From: a virus
Virus record (IMG/VR): IMGVR_UViG_3300043429_000130
Coordinates: 32,001-96,000 of that record
DNA: 64,000 nt
Strand: one strand, 5' to 3'
In this document: one piece after another, positions 10,524-19,329 of the stretch
How positions within the stretch are numbered: position 1 is the first letter of the stretch
Layout of the letters: each line of letters opens with the position of its first letter
Program-made: the position numbers and the translations under genes
The notes under the pieces: model-generated
The model's database searches: none
The model's input: the letters and a program-made list of their open reading frames with translations, nothing else
What the model was told of the DNA's origin: nothing

Positions 10524-11840
10524 TTAAACGTTATGGGTAAACTCAGATACTTTACCCTTATTTAAGTCATGGATTTCCATAACTGCCTGACGCTTAGATC
10601 CTGTAAACTTGTTGTGATAATGCCAGTAGTCTGACTTAGATAGAGAAGGAAGATGCTTGATGCTAAAACCATGCACCTCATTGTCTGTTACAAACTCAGT
10701 AACTTTCTTAGTATGGAAGTGTCCAGTAAAGCATGTACGGAATGTAGTGTTACCCCACTGAAAAGGAAACTCTGTAGCATATACAAGAGCTGTCATTTTC
10801 TTAGTAACGTCCCCATGTTCAAATGCAAAGAAGTTCTGACCCCAGGTCACAACTTTTCTTTCCTCATAGGTAGCATTAAATACAATAGATGGTTCTTGTG
10901 TAAAGCACTTAGATAGTGCGTGTACCAGATGGTAGGAAGATAAACGGTCATGATTACCAGGTAGGTATACAACCTCTAGTTCTTTACAGAACTGCTTGAT
11001 AAAGTTAACTGACCAGAACATAGCATCAAATGCTTCATTATAAGCATCCTGAGCTCTAAGGTCAGAGTCTACTGGCGTACCCTTAGTAGTTAGTCCACTA
11101 AAAGTATCCATGTTTAAAAGATCACCTCCTACTACGTATATGATCTTTTCTAGATTATGAGAGTAATAAGATCTTAATACTAGACTCTTAATACTTTCTT
11201 TAAAGTCATCTACTACAGATAGGTTACCCTCTTTACCAAAGTGGAGATCCTGTATAGACAAGATCCCCACAGTTGGGTTTTCAAATTTGTCATTAACAAA
11301 TACCTCTGCAACGGGTTTATATGACGGGTTAAAATTCTGTAAAGTTTCTTGTAATAAGTCCTTGGGTTCCAAGACTTTCTGTGTAACCATGGCTGAAATA
11401 AGCCAGTAGTCTTTATGTTGTTTGTTCCAGTAGGAACTAAGTTTCCACTTTTCAGTGTCTATTTTTAATATCCTAATTATCTCTTCTGGACTCTTAGGTT
11501 CTGAGAAGGCTATACCTTTAATCTCTGCTACCCCTTCTTCAAGGTTTTCCTTCCATTCTACGACCTTTTCTTTAGTTTGGTTGATTGTATCCACCAACTG
11601 ATTTTCAAGGTCTGTAATGTACTGATTTTTGATTGTATCATCATCTATCAGTTCTAGCATCCTTTTACCTACAATACTAACAAGACTACTATCTAGTTCA
11701 TCTTGTAAAAGATCTTTTGTTTGTAAAATCTGTTTCTTAATTTCTTGGTACTTTTGTAGTGAAATACCTAACTTTGAAGCACAGACCTCGTCAGTTTTCT
11801 TCCACCTTAGAGAGCCATACACCTGGTTGATTAGTGTCAT
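10524..11840 (-). CDS. Calcineurin-like metallophosphoesterase with N-terminal HTH-like region
   Basis: All five motifs present: DLHFG, GGDLLN, PGNHD, FEHGD, TGHFH. Confidence 0.85.
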   Translation of the reverse strand: MTLINQVYGSLRWKKTDEVCASKLGISLQKYQEIKKQILQTKDLLQDELDSSLVSIVGKRMLELIDDDTIKNQYITDLENQLVDTINQTKEKVVEWKENLEEGVAEIKGIAFSEPKSPEEIIRILKIDTEKWKLSSYWNKQHKDYWLISAMVTQKVLEPKDLLQETLQNFNPSYKPVAEVFVNDKFENPTVGILSIQDLHFGKEGNLSVVDDFKESIKSLVLRSYYSHNLEKIIYVVGGDLLNMDTFSGLTTKGTPVDSDLRAQDAYNEAFDAMFWSVNFIKQFCKELEVVYLPGNHDRLSSYHLVHALSKCFTQEPSIVFNATYEERKVVTWGQNFFAFEHGDVTKKMTALVYATEFPFQWGNTTFRTCFTGHFHTKKVTEFVTDNEVHGFSIKHLPSLSKSDYWHYHNKFTGSKRQAVMEIHDLNKGKVSEFTHNV

Positions 11841-11936
11841 AGTTGTTTGGATTTGGTATATGGTGTATAAAGTTAGCTCATGTTAATGAATAATAGTACT
11901 TTTTATACACAAAATATCAACATTCTAAAATTTTTA

Positions 11937-11962
11937 GCCCCCGATGTAGAAACACCAGGGGC
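11937..11962. terminator. GC-rich intergenic hairpin (possible terminator or processing site)
   Basis: GCCCCCGATGT-AGAA-ACACCAGGGGC imperfect inverted repeat. No clear U-tract on the minus strand. Confidence 0.4.
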
Positions 11963-12009
11963 CTTGTTTGTCAGGTGGAAACCAACAAAACCACTGACTT
12001 TTTTATATT

Positions 12010-12528
12010 TTAAATAGAACCAACTGCAGAACATACTGTTCCACCACTAGGTATATACTGACCACCAGCAACACAAGGGTCAATAGTAGCTGTAGCAAAA
12101 CCAGCAAGAACTGTTCCGTAAATAGTTGTTCTAAGATTAGTACTAGGATTACATGATACACCTGTAGTTGTATACTCCACTTCAATTGTAAAGTCAGTAT
12201 TTACAGTTACAGGTCCTGATAAGTTAATTTGACCTCCTAAGAAGTCATCTATAGTTCCACCAATACATGGTTGGAAAGATGCACTAGCACTCACTACACT
12301 AACTGTAGCTGCTGTAAAAGTTCTTGGTGACCCAAAAGTTCCTCCACCACAGCTTGCTTCTACAGTACCTGAATAAGATGTAGCTGTTAGACCAACTGCA
12401 GTAAACGAGTTTGTAGCAGTAATCATTGTAGTTACATTTGAAGGATCAGCTGTAGGCCAATACTTTACCCTATACCCTGACGATGGGGCAGGTGATGCTG
12501 CAGGGAAAGTTAAACTTAAGGTTGCCAT
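12010..12528 (-). CDS. FN3/Ig-like virion surface protein, Cys-containing
   Basis: N-terminus LSLTFPAASPAPSSGYRVKYW has an FN3-like pattern; Thr/Ser/Gly-rich. Confidence 0.55.
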   Translation of the reverse strand: MATLSLTFPAASPAPSSGYRVKYWPTADPSNVTTMITATNSFTAVGLTATSYSGTVEASCGGGTFGSPRTFTAATVSVVSASASFQPCIGGTIDDFLGGQINLSGPVTVNTDFTIEVEYTTTGVSCNPSTNLRTTIYGTVLAGFATATIDPCVAGGQYIPSGGTVCSAVGSI

Positions 12529-12731
12529 TATGAATTAGTGTTTATCCAGTTATCAGCCTCAATAAGATTGTTAAAGAATGGGCTAAGTGCATTATGATCT
12601 TTCATAACTACATTTCTCATTCCATCATACTGCTTAAAAATAGTATAGTGTGAACCATTAAGTTCATAAGAGGCATGGATTATATAGTCTACACCTAGAT
12701 CGTTTTTTACTATAGCTGTTAGTTCTTTCAT
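12528..12731 (-). CDS. Hypothetical protein (67 aa)
   Basis: Overlapping stop/start junctions with both neighbours. Confidence 0.6.
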   Translation of the reverse strand: MKELTAIVKNDLGVDYIIHASYELNGSHYTIFKQYDGMRNVVMKDHNALSPFFNNLIEADNWINTNS

Positions 12732-13849
12732 TATACTACAGGTGTTGTTGTATCATTAATATCTATGTTACCTACATTAGTAGATCTATTATATGTAATA
12801 ACAGCTAAACGTTGACCTCTTGATAATCCAGCATTAATGTTTGGACTTTCAAGATCTGAAGAACCTGTAGCAATTGAGCTACCATTTTTATATGCTGTAA
12901 TTACTTTACTAGCAGATGCTCCTGTTAATGTAGCAGTAGCTGTAGGGTTTGTATAACTATATGCTGGTGATCCAGTACTACCCTGTTTAACCATACAACC
13001 TCCTTTATAGAAAGTAAAGCTTAAGTTAATAGGATTGGTACCAACAGTGGCATACCAGAAAGCACGACAGTCTATTACCACTTCATTTTGTCCAGCTCCA
13101 AGTTGTGTAAAATCAACAAGTACTGTTTCAAAACCAGTACCTACGTTATCACTACCCCACATAGCTAATGGTTTAATAACCATATCACAAACGTTACCAC
13201 TTTCTATGTAAGTAGCAGACTGTGGAGTTCTTTGATACTGATTCCAACCAATATATTTACCTTGACCATTTTGATCTGCATAAGTTGTACCATCAATAGA
13301 TACAATTCTTGTACGTGTATCCAAGTCTTGACCATCACTAAACTGATAAGTAATAACCATGTAATCTGCATCAAACGTAAAGTTTGTCTCACCAATTACT
13401 ATATTTTCTGTAGTTACACAACCTGTTACAGTGTCTGTTACTGTAGCCACATATGTTTGTCCACCAGTTAATCCTGTAGCGGTTATTGTTGTTTGTACAG
13501 GAGATGTATTCCAACTGTAAGTGTATGAACCAGAACCACCTACAATATTACTAATAGTAGCTGTTCCGTTTGTACCAGTTTGGTTAGTAGGAGATGTAGA
13601 AGAAATATTAAATGTTACATTACAAACAGAGTCTGTAAAGTTTACTCTAGTAGAGTTACCAAAACTACAAACTGATTCAATAGTACCTGTATAATTATAT
13701 CCAGGTAAGTTATTAATAACAGCAGGACTACTTGTAACAGTTGTTGTTAATACTGTTCCAGGAGTAGCTGTATCCCAATACCTAACAAGGTAACCACCAG
13801 ATGGAGCTGGGCTAGCTGCTGTAAAATTTATAGTTAATTGATTAGCCAT
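12731..13849 (-). CDS. FN3-like plus SprB-repeat-like virion surface protein
   Basis: N-terminal FN3-like domain paralogous to 12010..12528. Internal GTATISNIVGGSGSYTYSW...GLTGGQTYVATVTD..TGC matches the SprB repeat pattern. Confidence 0.6.
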   Translation of the reverse strand: MANQLTINFTAASPAPSGGYLVRYWDTATPGTVLTTTVTSSPAVINNLPGYNYTGTIESVCSFGNSTRVNFTDSVCNVTFNISSTSPTNQTGTNGTATISNIVGGSGSYTYSWNTSPVQTTITATGLTGGQTYVATVTDTVTGCVTTENIVIGETNFTFDADYMVITYQFSDGQDLDTRTRIVSIDGTTYADQNGQGKYIGWNQYQRTPQSATYIESGNVCDMVIKPLAMWGSDNVGTGFETVLVDFTQLGAGQNEVVIDCRAFWYATVGTNPINLSFTFYKGGCMVKQGSTGSPAYSYTNPTATATLTGASASKVITAYKNGSSIATGSSDLESPNINAGLSRGQRLAVITYNRSTNVGNIDINDTTTPVV

Positions 13850-13855
13850 TTATAC

Positions 13856-14302
13856 TTATCCTTGGGTTCCTAAACATTGATCTCTACGAATAAAAGTACC
13901 ACCGTTAACAGTACCATCTACTGCACAAATTGTTTGAGTAAGTTCTGAAGTTGAAGAGTTAAATACTGAAATACTACTAAATGATCCACATGGTGTATAT
14001 GTATACTGTGCAGTATCTAATAGTTCATATGTATAACAAGAAGATGATGATCCAGACCCTTCTACACCAAACGTTTCTACAATTTGTAATCCTGATCCAC
14101 AGTCTACCATTAGTCTAACCTCTAAAGGATAACATGATGGTACACCAGATATAGTAATAGGATTAGCTTTTTTATTAGGTTCAGTGTACCAAACCTCATC
14201 ACCTACTACTCTCCATTGGACAGTATAACCACTATCTGGCATTATGCTAGATGTAGTGTACTGAATAGTTAAAGTTTTTAACGAACTACAAGGTGTTGGC
14301 AT
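13856..14302 (-). CDS. FN3-like Cys-rich structural protein
   Basis: TLTIQY...PDSGYTVQWR..GD..W FN3-like pattern; several Cys. Confidence 0.5.
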   Translation of the reverse strand: MPTPCSSLKTLTIQYTTSSIMPDSGYTVQWRVVGDEVWYTEPNKKANPITISGVPSCYPLEVRLMVDCGSGLQIVETFGVEGSGSSSSCYTYELLDTAQYTYTPCGSFSSISVFNSSTSELTQTICAVDGTVNGGTFIRRDQCLGTQG

Positions 14303-14313
14303 ATGGTTATTTA

Positions 14314-14970
14314 TTATACAATTGTACCTGTACCACTCACTTTAATTTGTGAGCCAACAAATGCTCTAAATGTTTGAGGAGCATTTTGTACTACAGTAAT
14401 ATTAAAGATTTGATGATTGGTTCCTGTAGCTTTAATAACAGTTGCACCGCCTGACAATGCTGTACTAGGTGCTGCTGAAGCTACAAATAAAGTTGTATTA
14501 GTAACACTTGCTACAGTAGTTCCTGCAGGAAATGCCCCAACACCAGCCGTTACTTCTAAAGTCATACCTGCTACTAAACCAGTTGTACTACCTACAGTGA
14601 TAGCTGTACCATTACTTGTTGCACCTGCTGTAGAAGTATAAATAGGACCAAGTCCTAAATAACTTACTACCATTGGTGTAGTTGTAGTAGATGTAGCTGT
14701 ATAGTTAGCTAATGTAATAGCCGGGCTAATTACACCATTAAGTACTTTATGTAGTTTAGTCAATACAGTAAGTAAACGATCACCGTTAAGAATACCAAGA
14801 GCTGGAAGATTAGGTCCAGCAAACTTTACACAATCAGTAAACAAAATCTCATCACATGGTTCACCACTTACACAAGGAGGTAAACTCACTGAGTTTGTAG
14901 GAGAGCAATCTGCACAACCATCGTTGCAGTTACCTAAAGGTAGGGGAGTATCGTTACAACCGCATGACAT
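14314..14970 (-). CDS. Cys-rich structural/fibre protein
   Basis: N-terminus MSCGC...CVKFAGPNLPALGILNGD resembles the start of 15552..16784 (CVIWQGPDLGCIDLCNGD). Confidence 0.55.
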   Translation of the reverse strand: MSCGCNDTPLPLGNCNDGCADCSPTNSVSLPPCVSGEPCDEILFTDCVKFAGPNLPALGILNGDRLLTVLTKLHKVLNGVISPAITLANYTATSTTTTPMVVSYLGLGPIYTSTAGATSNGTAITVGSTTGLVAGMTLEVTAGVGAFPAGTTVASVTNTTLFVASAAPSTALSGGATVIKATGTNHQIFNITVVQNAPQTFRAFVGSQIKVSGTGTIV

Positions 14971-14995
14971 AATCTTATATTATTAAATGTTTATA

Positions 14996-15550
14996 TTAAG
15001 TTTCAGGTGTTAATTCAGCAGTTACCCCAGTAGGTGCATTACACACAGGAGGAGCAGATGTTACACCAGTAGCAAATGCACAATCAGTTTTAGTAATAGT
15101 TCCCGCTGTAGGAACAACTCTAATCTTATAAGTAGTACTTGCTGTAAGAGAACTGAAAGTACCAGTAAGAGTTGTTGTACCAGTAGGTGTTTGAGAAGCT
15201 AGCTCTGATGTACCACCAGAGTTAAATAACTTAACAACATAACTTGTAACAGATCCACCAATCTCTGGAAAACTATAAGATAGACTATCAGAAGCAGGTG
15301 TTACTGTAACAGTAGGACAGATCATATTGATCTTCTGTACTGTAGGACTTGATGTACTTGTTCCACCATTACAAGCCGTTAGTATTTTAAAATCATAAAT
15401 AAGATTATCACTTAATCCTGTAACAGTTTCTGTTGTAGCAGTACCTGACACAGTACTAAATGTAGTCCATGTAGAAGCTGATGCAAGTTTATATTGCACA
15501 GTTTGTGATGTAGATCCAGCACCAGGTGTCCAGTTAAGTGTTACGTTCAT
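14996..15550 (-). CDS. Tandem FN3-domain protein
   Basis: Two FN3-like repeats: VTLNW...VQYK...VTGLSDNLIYDFKI and LSYSF...YVVKL...FSSLTASTTYKIRV. Confidence 0.7.
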   Translation of the reverse strand: MNVTLNWTPGAGSTSQTVQYKLASASTWTTFSTVSGTATTETVTGLSDNLIYDFKILTACNGGTSTSSPTVQKINMICPTVTVTPASDSLSYSFPEIGGSVTSYVVKLFNSGGTSELASQTPTGTTTLTGTFSSLTASTTYKIRVVPTAGTITKTDCAFATGVTSAPPVCNAPTGVTAELTPET

Positions 15551-15551
15551 C

Positions 15552-16784
15552 TTATGTTAATGTTGCTGTTACTGATGAGATGATAGGACAAGGAACAGAT
15601 ACAGTAAAGTTAGCTGTCTTAGAACAAGTACTACCGTTCTTAGTAAGACATCCTTCTACAGTGATTGTATAAGCTTGAGAAGCATTAAGAGAAGCTCCAG
15701 AAACAGTAAATGTAATACCATCTGTATCTGTAACAGCTGCTACTAAGTCTACATTACTTGTATAAATATGTCCTGATGTATCTTTAATAGTAATTTTAGA
15801 TCCTTGAGCTGTACAGTTTGTAAAGCCTGCAGGAATCACAGTACCACCACCATTAAAGAATACAGTAACTTGAGTACGAGCTTCGTTTGTAGCAGCAGTA
15901 AATCCAAGTAAGAAAGCAGAACAATCTACTTGACCAGCTGCATTTTTTAGATCATAAATAGTTTGACGCATATCACAAAGTACAACCCAAAGGTTTTGTA
16001 CTGCAGATCCAACTGTAGTTGAGTTAGCATTCCAACCTGGAAGTGAACTAATTGTTCCAGTAGTACTTAAAGCAAGAGATGCTCCAAGACCTTGACACTG
16101 TTGTGCAATAGCTGACGTTAGAGCAGCATTGGTACCTAAAACAGTTCTTAAACCACAATACTCTTCTTCTAACTTATCTAATACAACATTCATAGCTGTA
16201 GGTACAGCTGGTAGAATACAGTTAGGAGTAACTTGAGGAAGTGTTACTGCAGGAGCATTTTCTAATGCAGTAATTCTAGTATTGTAAGTAGCTAATGTAG
16301 CTGTATGTCCATCTACTGTAGCCTTTAAACTACAATGCTGATTAGCAAGTCTTAATGTGTATACACTGTGTTGTAACTGTGTAACAGTTTGACCTGTACC
16401 TGGATCAGTGTATTGTAAACAAGTAGGTAGAGCTACGTTAGGTTCTGTATAAGAAGAACCTCCACCAGATGGTAAGTTTTGAATAGTTGTATTCAAACAA
16501 CATACCTTATCTATAATAAAATCCAATACTGCCAATAGGGTCTTATTAGTAGGGGCAGGATTTGCTGCCGAACAAAAAGAAACTAGACAAGATAAGTCTA
16601 AAGTAGATAAGTCCAAAGAAGTCTGAATAGTACAAAGCTTTGTAGCTACTTTGTACACTACATCAGAGATAGCATCACCGTTGCAGAGGTCAATGCATCC
16701 TAGATCCGGTCCTTGCCAGATTACACAATTGGAGGACACCGGAGAACAACCCTTATCGGCAGTATTGGATTTCGTAGGTAACAT
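15552..16784 (-). CDS. Cys-rich coiled-coil fibre-like structural protein
   Basis: 410 aa with many Cys, helical repeats and a C-terminal beta domain. Confidence 0.55.
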   Translation of the reverse strand: MLPTKSNTADKGCSPVSSNCVIWQGPDLGCIDLCNGDAISDVVYKVATKLCTIQTSLDLSTLDLSCLVSFCSAANPAPTNKTLLAVLDFIIDKVCCLNTTIQNLPSGGGSSYTEPNVALPTCLQYTDPGTGQTVTQLQHSVYTLRLANQHCSLKATVDGHTATLATYNTRITALENAPAVTLPQVTPNCILPAVPTAMNVVLDKLEEEYCGLRTVLGTNAALTSAIAQQCQGLGASLALSTTGTISSLPGWNANSTTVGSAVQNLWVVLCDMRQTIYDLKNAAGQVDCSAFLLGFTAATNEARTQVTVFFNGGGTVIPAGFTNCTAQGSKITIKDTSGHIYTSNVDLVAAVTDTDGITFTVSGASLNASQAYTITVEGCLTKNGSTCSKTANFTVSVPCPIISSVTATLT

Positions 16785-16808
16785 AGTATATTGGGTATCA
16801 ATAAGTTA

Positions 16809-17321
16809 TTAACAATCAACCACATTGTCTGCACCAAACAGACCTTCAAGTTTTGTCTTTAAATGACTGTAACCAAACGCAAATACATCAACACCTTCTG
16901 CAGAAGATAAGTCAGGAACAGTCTTAGTGATTGTTTCCTCTACATCTTGCTCTTGCATTTCTGTACGAGTTCTAGTAACAGTAGTAGTTGTAGGATTACC
17001 GTCAGCATCTGGAGCACCAGCTACTTCTTCTTCAAACTCTACTTGTACAGGAACCATACGTTTTACTGTAATAGTTTCTTCTACTTGTTTAGTCAAAGCT
17101 ACATACAAGCTTTCCCCAATTTGTTGGTTACGAGCTACACCTCCACCCATGTTAGGAGTAGGGTAAGATCCAGCAGGAGTAGCATCTTCTTGTGATTGAA
17201 AAAGTTCAATTCTGAAGTTAGCAGACCCATATTTAGAGATCTGATAGTCAGCAATGCGTACATATGCTTCACTTGTAATCCCTTTGTCCGTCCCGATAGG
17301 AACTGTAATTTTAATAGCCAT
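16809..17321 (-). CDS. Hypothetical protein, possibly tail-fibre associated
   Basis: 170 aa ORF in the tail module. Confidence 0.5.
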   Translation of the reverse strand: MAIKITVPIGTDKGITSEAYVRIADYQISKYGSANFRIELFQSQEDATPAGSYPTPNMGGGVARNQQIGESLYVALTKQVEETITVKRMVPVQVEFEEEVAGAPDADGNPTTTTVTRTRTEMQEQDVEETITKTVPDLSSAEGVDVFAFGYSHLKTKLEGLFGADNVVDC

Positions 17322-17333
17322 ATTATTTATAAT

Positions 17334-17930
17334 TTATATATATTTTAAATTAAACTTATTTTTTCTTTTTCCAGTAATTTGTCTACATATGTAGGTACGA
17401 GTTACTCCAAAAAATAAAGCTGCTTCATTAGCTGATTCAAATATGTTACCAGTACTTATGCATAAAACCTTTTTTCGTATGCTTTTAGAATACTTTAAAG
17501 ATTCATTTACAAACCTTTTTATTTCTTCAGCTGGCTTATGTTTTAGCTTTAAAGCTTGACTAATCTTAGCTTTAGTTTCTTCAGATGTTATCTTATTAAA
17601 ATGAACTCTACTTGATCTTTTTCTTCCTTCTTCATTAACTATTAAACCTACAGTACCATCACCTCCATCTGTTAAGTTTGCCAATGTACCAGTACCGTTG
17701 TCCAATCTACCATAAAGCTTAATAAATTCTATTTCTTTTATTTTAACCTGATCCCAAGTTAAATCATCAAAGAGTATTTCAACCTCATAGTCTGTTTTTG
17801 CTACTACTTTCTTCCAAATGTTATTTCTTCTTGACTTTTCTTTAGCTCTTCTATGAGATAAGTCAGAACCGATGCCTATGTAAAAAGGCTCATTTTTGTC
17901 TAATCTGATGTGTCGGTATAAATAAGCCAC
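17334..17930 (-). mobile_element. Free-standing GIY-YIG homing endonuclease with NUMOD3/NUMOD1-like DNA-binding modules
   Basis: AYLYRHIRLDKNEPFYIGIG, E.EFIKLYG, NLTDGGDG, SEETKAKIS and C-terminal F.S..EAA motifs. The true start is probably the GTG at 17930, because the track's N-terminal extension crosses a terminator and a promoter. Confidence 0.8.
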
Positions 17931-17946
17931 TGTGGTTAATAAGTAG

Positions 17947-17963
17947 TCTACAATATAATATAC
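17947..17963 (-). promoter_or_regulatory. Putative phage late promoter motif GTATATTATATTGTAGA
   Basis: Copy of the repeated motif, directly upstream of the endonuclease. Confidence 0.55.
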
Positions 17964-17983
17964 ATTATTTTTGTTGAAATAGC

Positions 17984-18017
17984 AAAAAAAAGACCACCCC
18001 ATAAGAGGTAGTCTTTT
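17984..18017 (-). terminator. Intrinsic terminator
   Basis: AAAAGACTACCTC-TTAT-GGGGTGGTCTTTTTTTT on the minus strand. Confidence 0.7.
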
Positions 18018-18040
18018 ATATATAGAAGAAAGCAGGGGGC

Positions 18041-18553
18041 TTAGTTCAATGGAACAACTTTAGTTTCTTCAACCTTAATAAGCTTAAAGAAGGTTCCGTA
18101 GTTCTCAGAAGTCTCAACCTTTTCAAAGTCTTCAAGTGTAAAAGCTTTATACTCAAGATCTTTCTCAGTCTGAAGTAAGTTGTTAAACTCAAGCTCAAAA
18201 GACTGGAACTCAGGGTTGATAACCTTTTTGGTAAACCAGTTACCATCTTTGTCTAGATCTTTTACTGGCTGACCGTCTGAATCTAGTTCATCAATGACCA
18301 TAGGGATAGAAATACCACCCTTGTCATCTTCCTTACCATACTTCTTGATAAGGTCATTCTTTAGTTCTTCTACAGCAGCTTTTTCAGCAGCCACTTTCTT
18401 ACCTAGTTCTGTTAGCCAGTACTTAGTAACTAAAGATAGTTTTTCCTGGATGAGACCAGAAGCAATTTTTTCACCAGTTTGCTGGTTGGTTAAACCGTTA
18501 AGTTCTGCATCTAGATTGTAGAACTCAAACAACTTAAGAGAAATTTTTTCCAT
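18041..18553 (-). CDS. Hypothetical helical protein (possible tail-fibre assembly factor)
   Basis: 170 aa. L...KYWL..L...LIKKYG pattern is often seen beside phage fibre genes. Confidence 0.5.
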   Translation of the reverse strand: MEKISLKLFEFYNLDAELNGLTNQQTGEKIASGLIQEKLSLVTKYWLTELGKKVAAEKAAVEELKNDLIKKYGKEDDKGGISIPMVIDELDSDGQPVKDLDKDGNWFTKKVINPEFQSFELEFNNLLQTEKDLEYKAFTLEDFEKVETSENYGTFFKLIKVEETKVVPLN

Positions 18554-18583
18554 GTGTTTTTAAAATTTTAGATTAATCTGTTA

Positions 18584-18617
18584 CGAATATACAAAGATAT
18601 ACAACTGGTGTGCCAAA
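18584..18617 (-). promoter_or_regulatory. Bacteroidota sigma70-type promoter candidate (TAnnTTTG with upstream TTTG)
   Basis: The minus strand reads TTTG...TATCTTTG-TATATTCG upstream of the 18553 start; spacing is imperfect. Confidence 0.45.
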
Positions 18618-18641
18618 AAAGTTATCCCCAAATGTGGATGA

Positions 18642-18872
18642 CTAGTTGGCAGATAAGAAAGCTAAAACCTCAGCTTTGACAGTATTGTACTCTTCTTGTG
18701 TAACTTCGGCCCAGTTATCTCTAAGTTTAGCCTCATTTAATATTTCTACAGACTCCGCAATCTGTCCATAAATAATAACTTTCTCATTAGGAAAATTATT
18801 TATTTGCTCAAAAAAACTGTTGTCAGAACTTAGTCTAAAATAAGACTGATTAAATTTGTAATAAGTTAACAT
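18642..18872 (-). CDS. Hypothetical protein (76 aa)
   Basis: ORF in operon context; ends in TAG. Confidence 0.55.
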   Translation of the reverse strand: MLTYYKFNQSYFRLSSDNSFFEQINNFPNEKVIIYGQIAESVEILNEAKLRDNWAEVTQEEYNTVKAEVLAFLSAN

Positions 18873-18892
18873 ATATATTTTTATTTAAAAGT

Positions 18893-19327
18893 TTATTCAA
18901 AACCAAAACATGCATTACCTGAGTTAATCATTCCACCATATGCTGATTGAGCACATACGGATTGGTTAGCTTCAAGATACGGATACTGAGTTGTACCATT
19001 ACAGTCTACATAAGTAAAATATCCTGAGTATCCAGCATACCATGTTGTACAAGCTGAATATCCACAAGCCGTAGAGTTGGATTGATATAGTGAACTATAG
19101 TATCCACATGATCCGTTGTGGTATGTGTAATATAGATCATACCCACTACAATACTGTGAGTAGTATGTACCGGAAGCTGGACAAGCTGAGTAACCATAGA
19201 ATTCACTAATAGCATCCGGTGTAGATTTACCAGCTGCTGCACTAAGTGTTCTAAGACTACCTGAGCTTGATCCTAACTCAGTTCTTATCTGACCTATACT
19301 TAAAGGACCTGATGATGGTAAAGCCAT
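18893..19327 (-). CDS. Tail-fibre tip adhesin-like protein, Tyr/Cys-rich
   Basis: MALPSSGPLSIGQIRTELG...ISEFYG is the kind of N-terminus found in small adhesins downstream of chaperone-cleaved fibres. Confidence 0.6.
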   Translation of the reverse strand: MALPSSGPLSIGQIRTELGSSSGSLRTLSAAAGKSTPDAISEFYGYSACPASGTYYSQYCSGYDLYYTYHNGSCGYYSSLYQSNSTACGYSACTTWYAGYSGYFTYVDCNGTTQYPYLEANQSVCAQSAYGGMINSGNACFGFE

Positions 19328-19329
19328 TG

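Noticed and set aside
11937-11962. TTTCTAC in a hairpin, reminiscent of the Cas12a repeat handle
   Set aside because: Single short match, explained as the reverse complement of a GTAGAAA hairpin loop.
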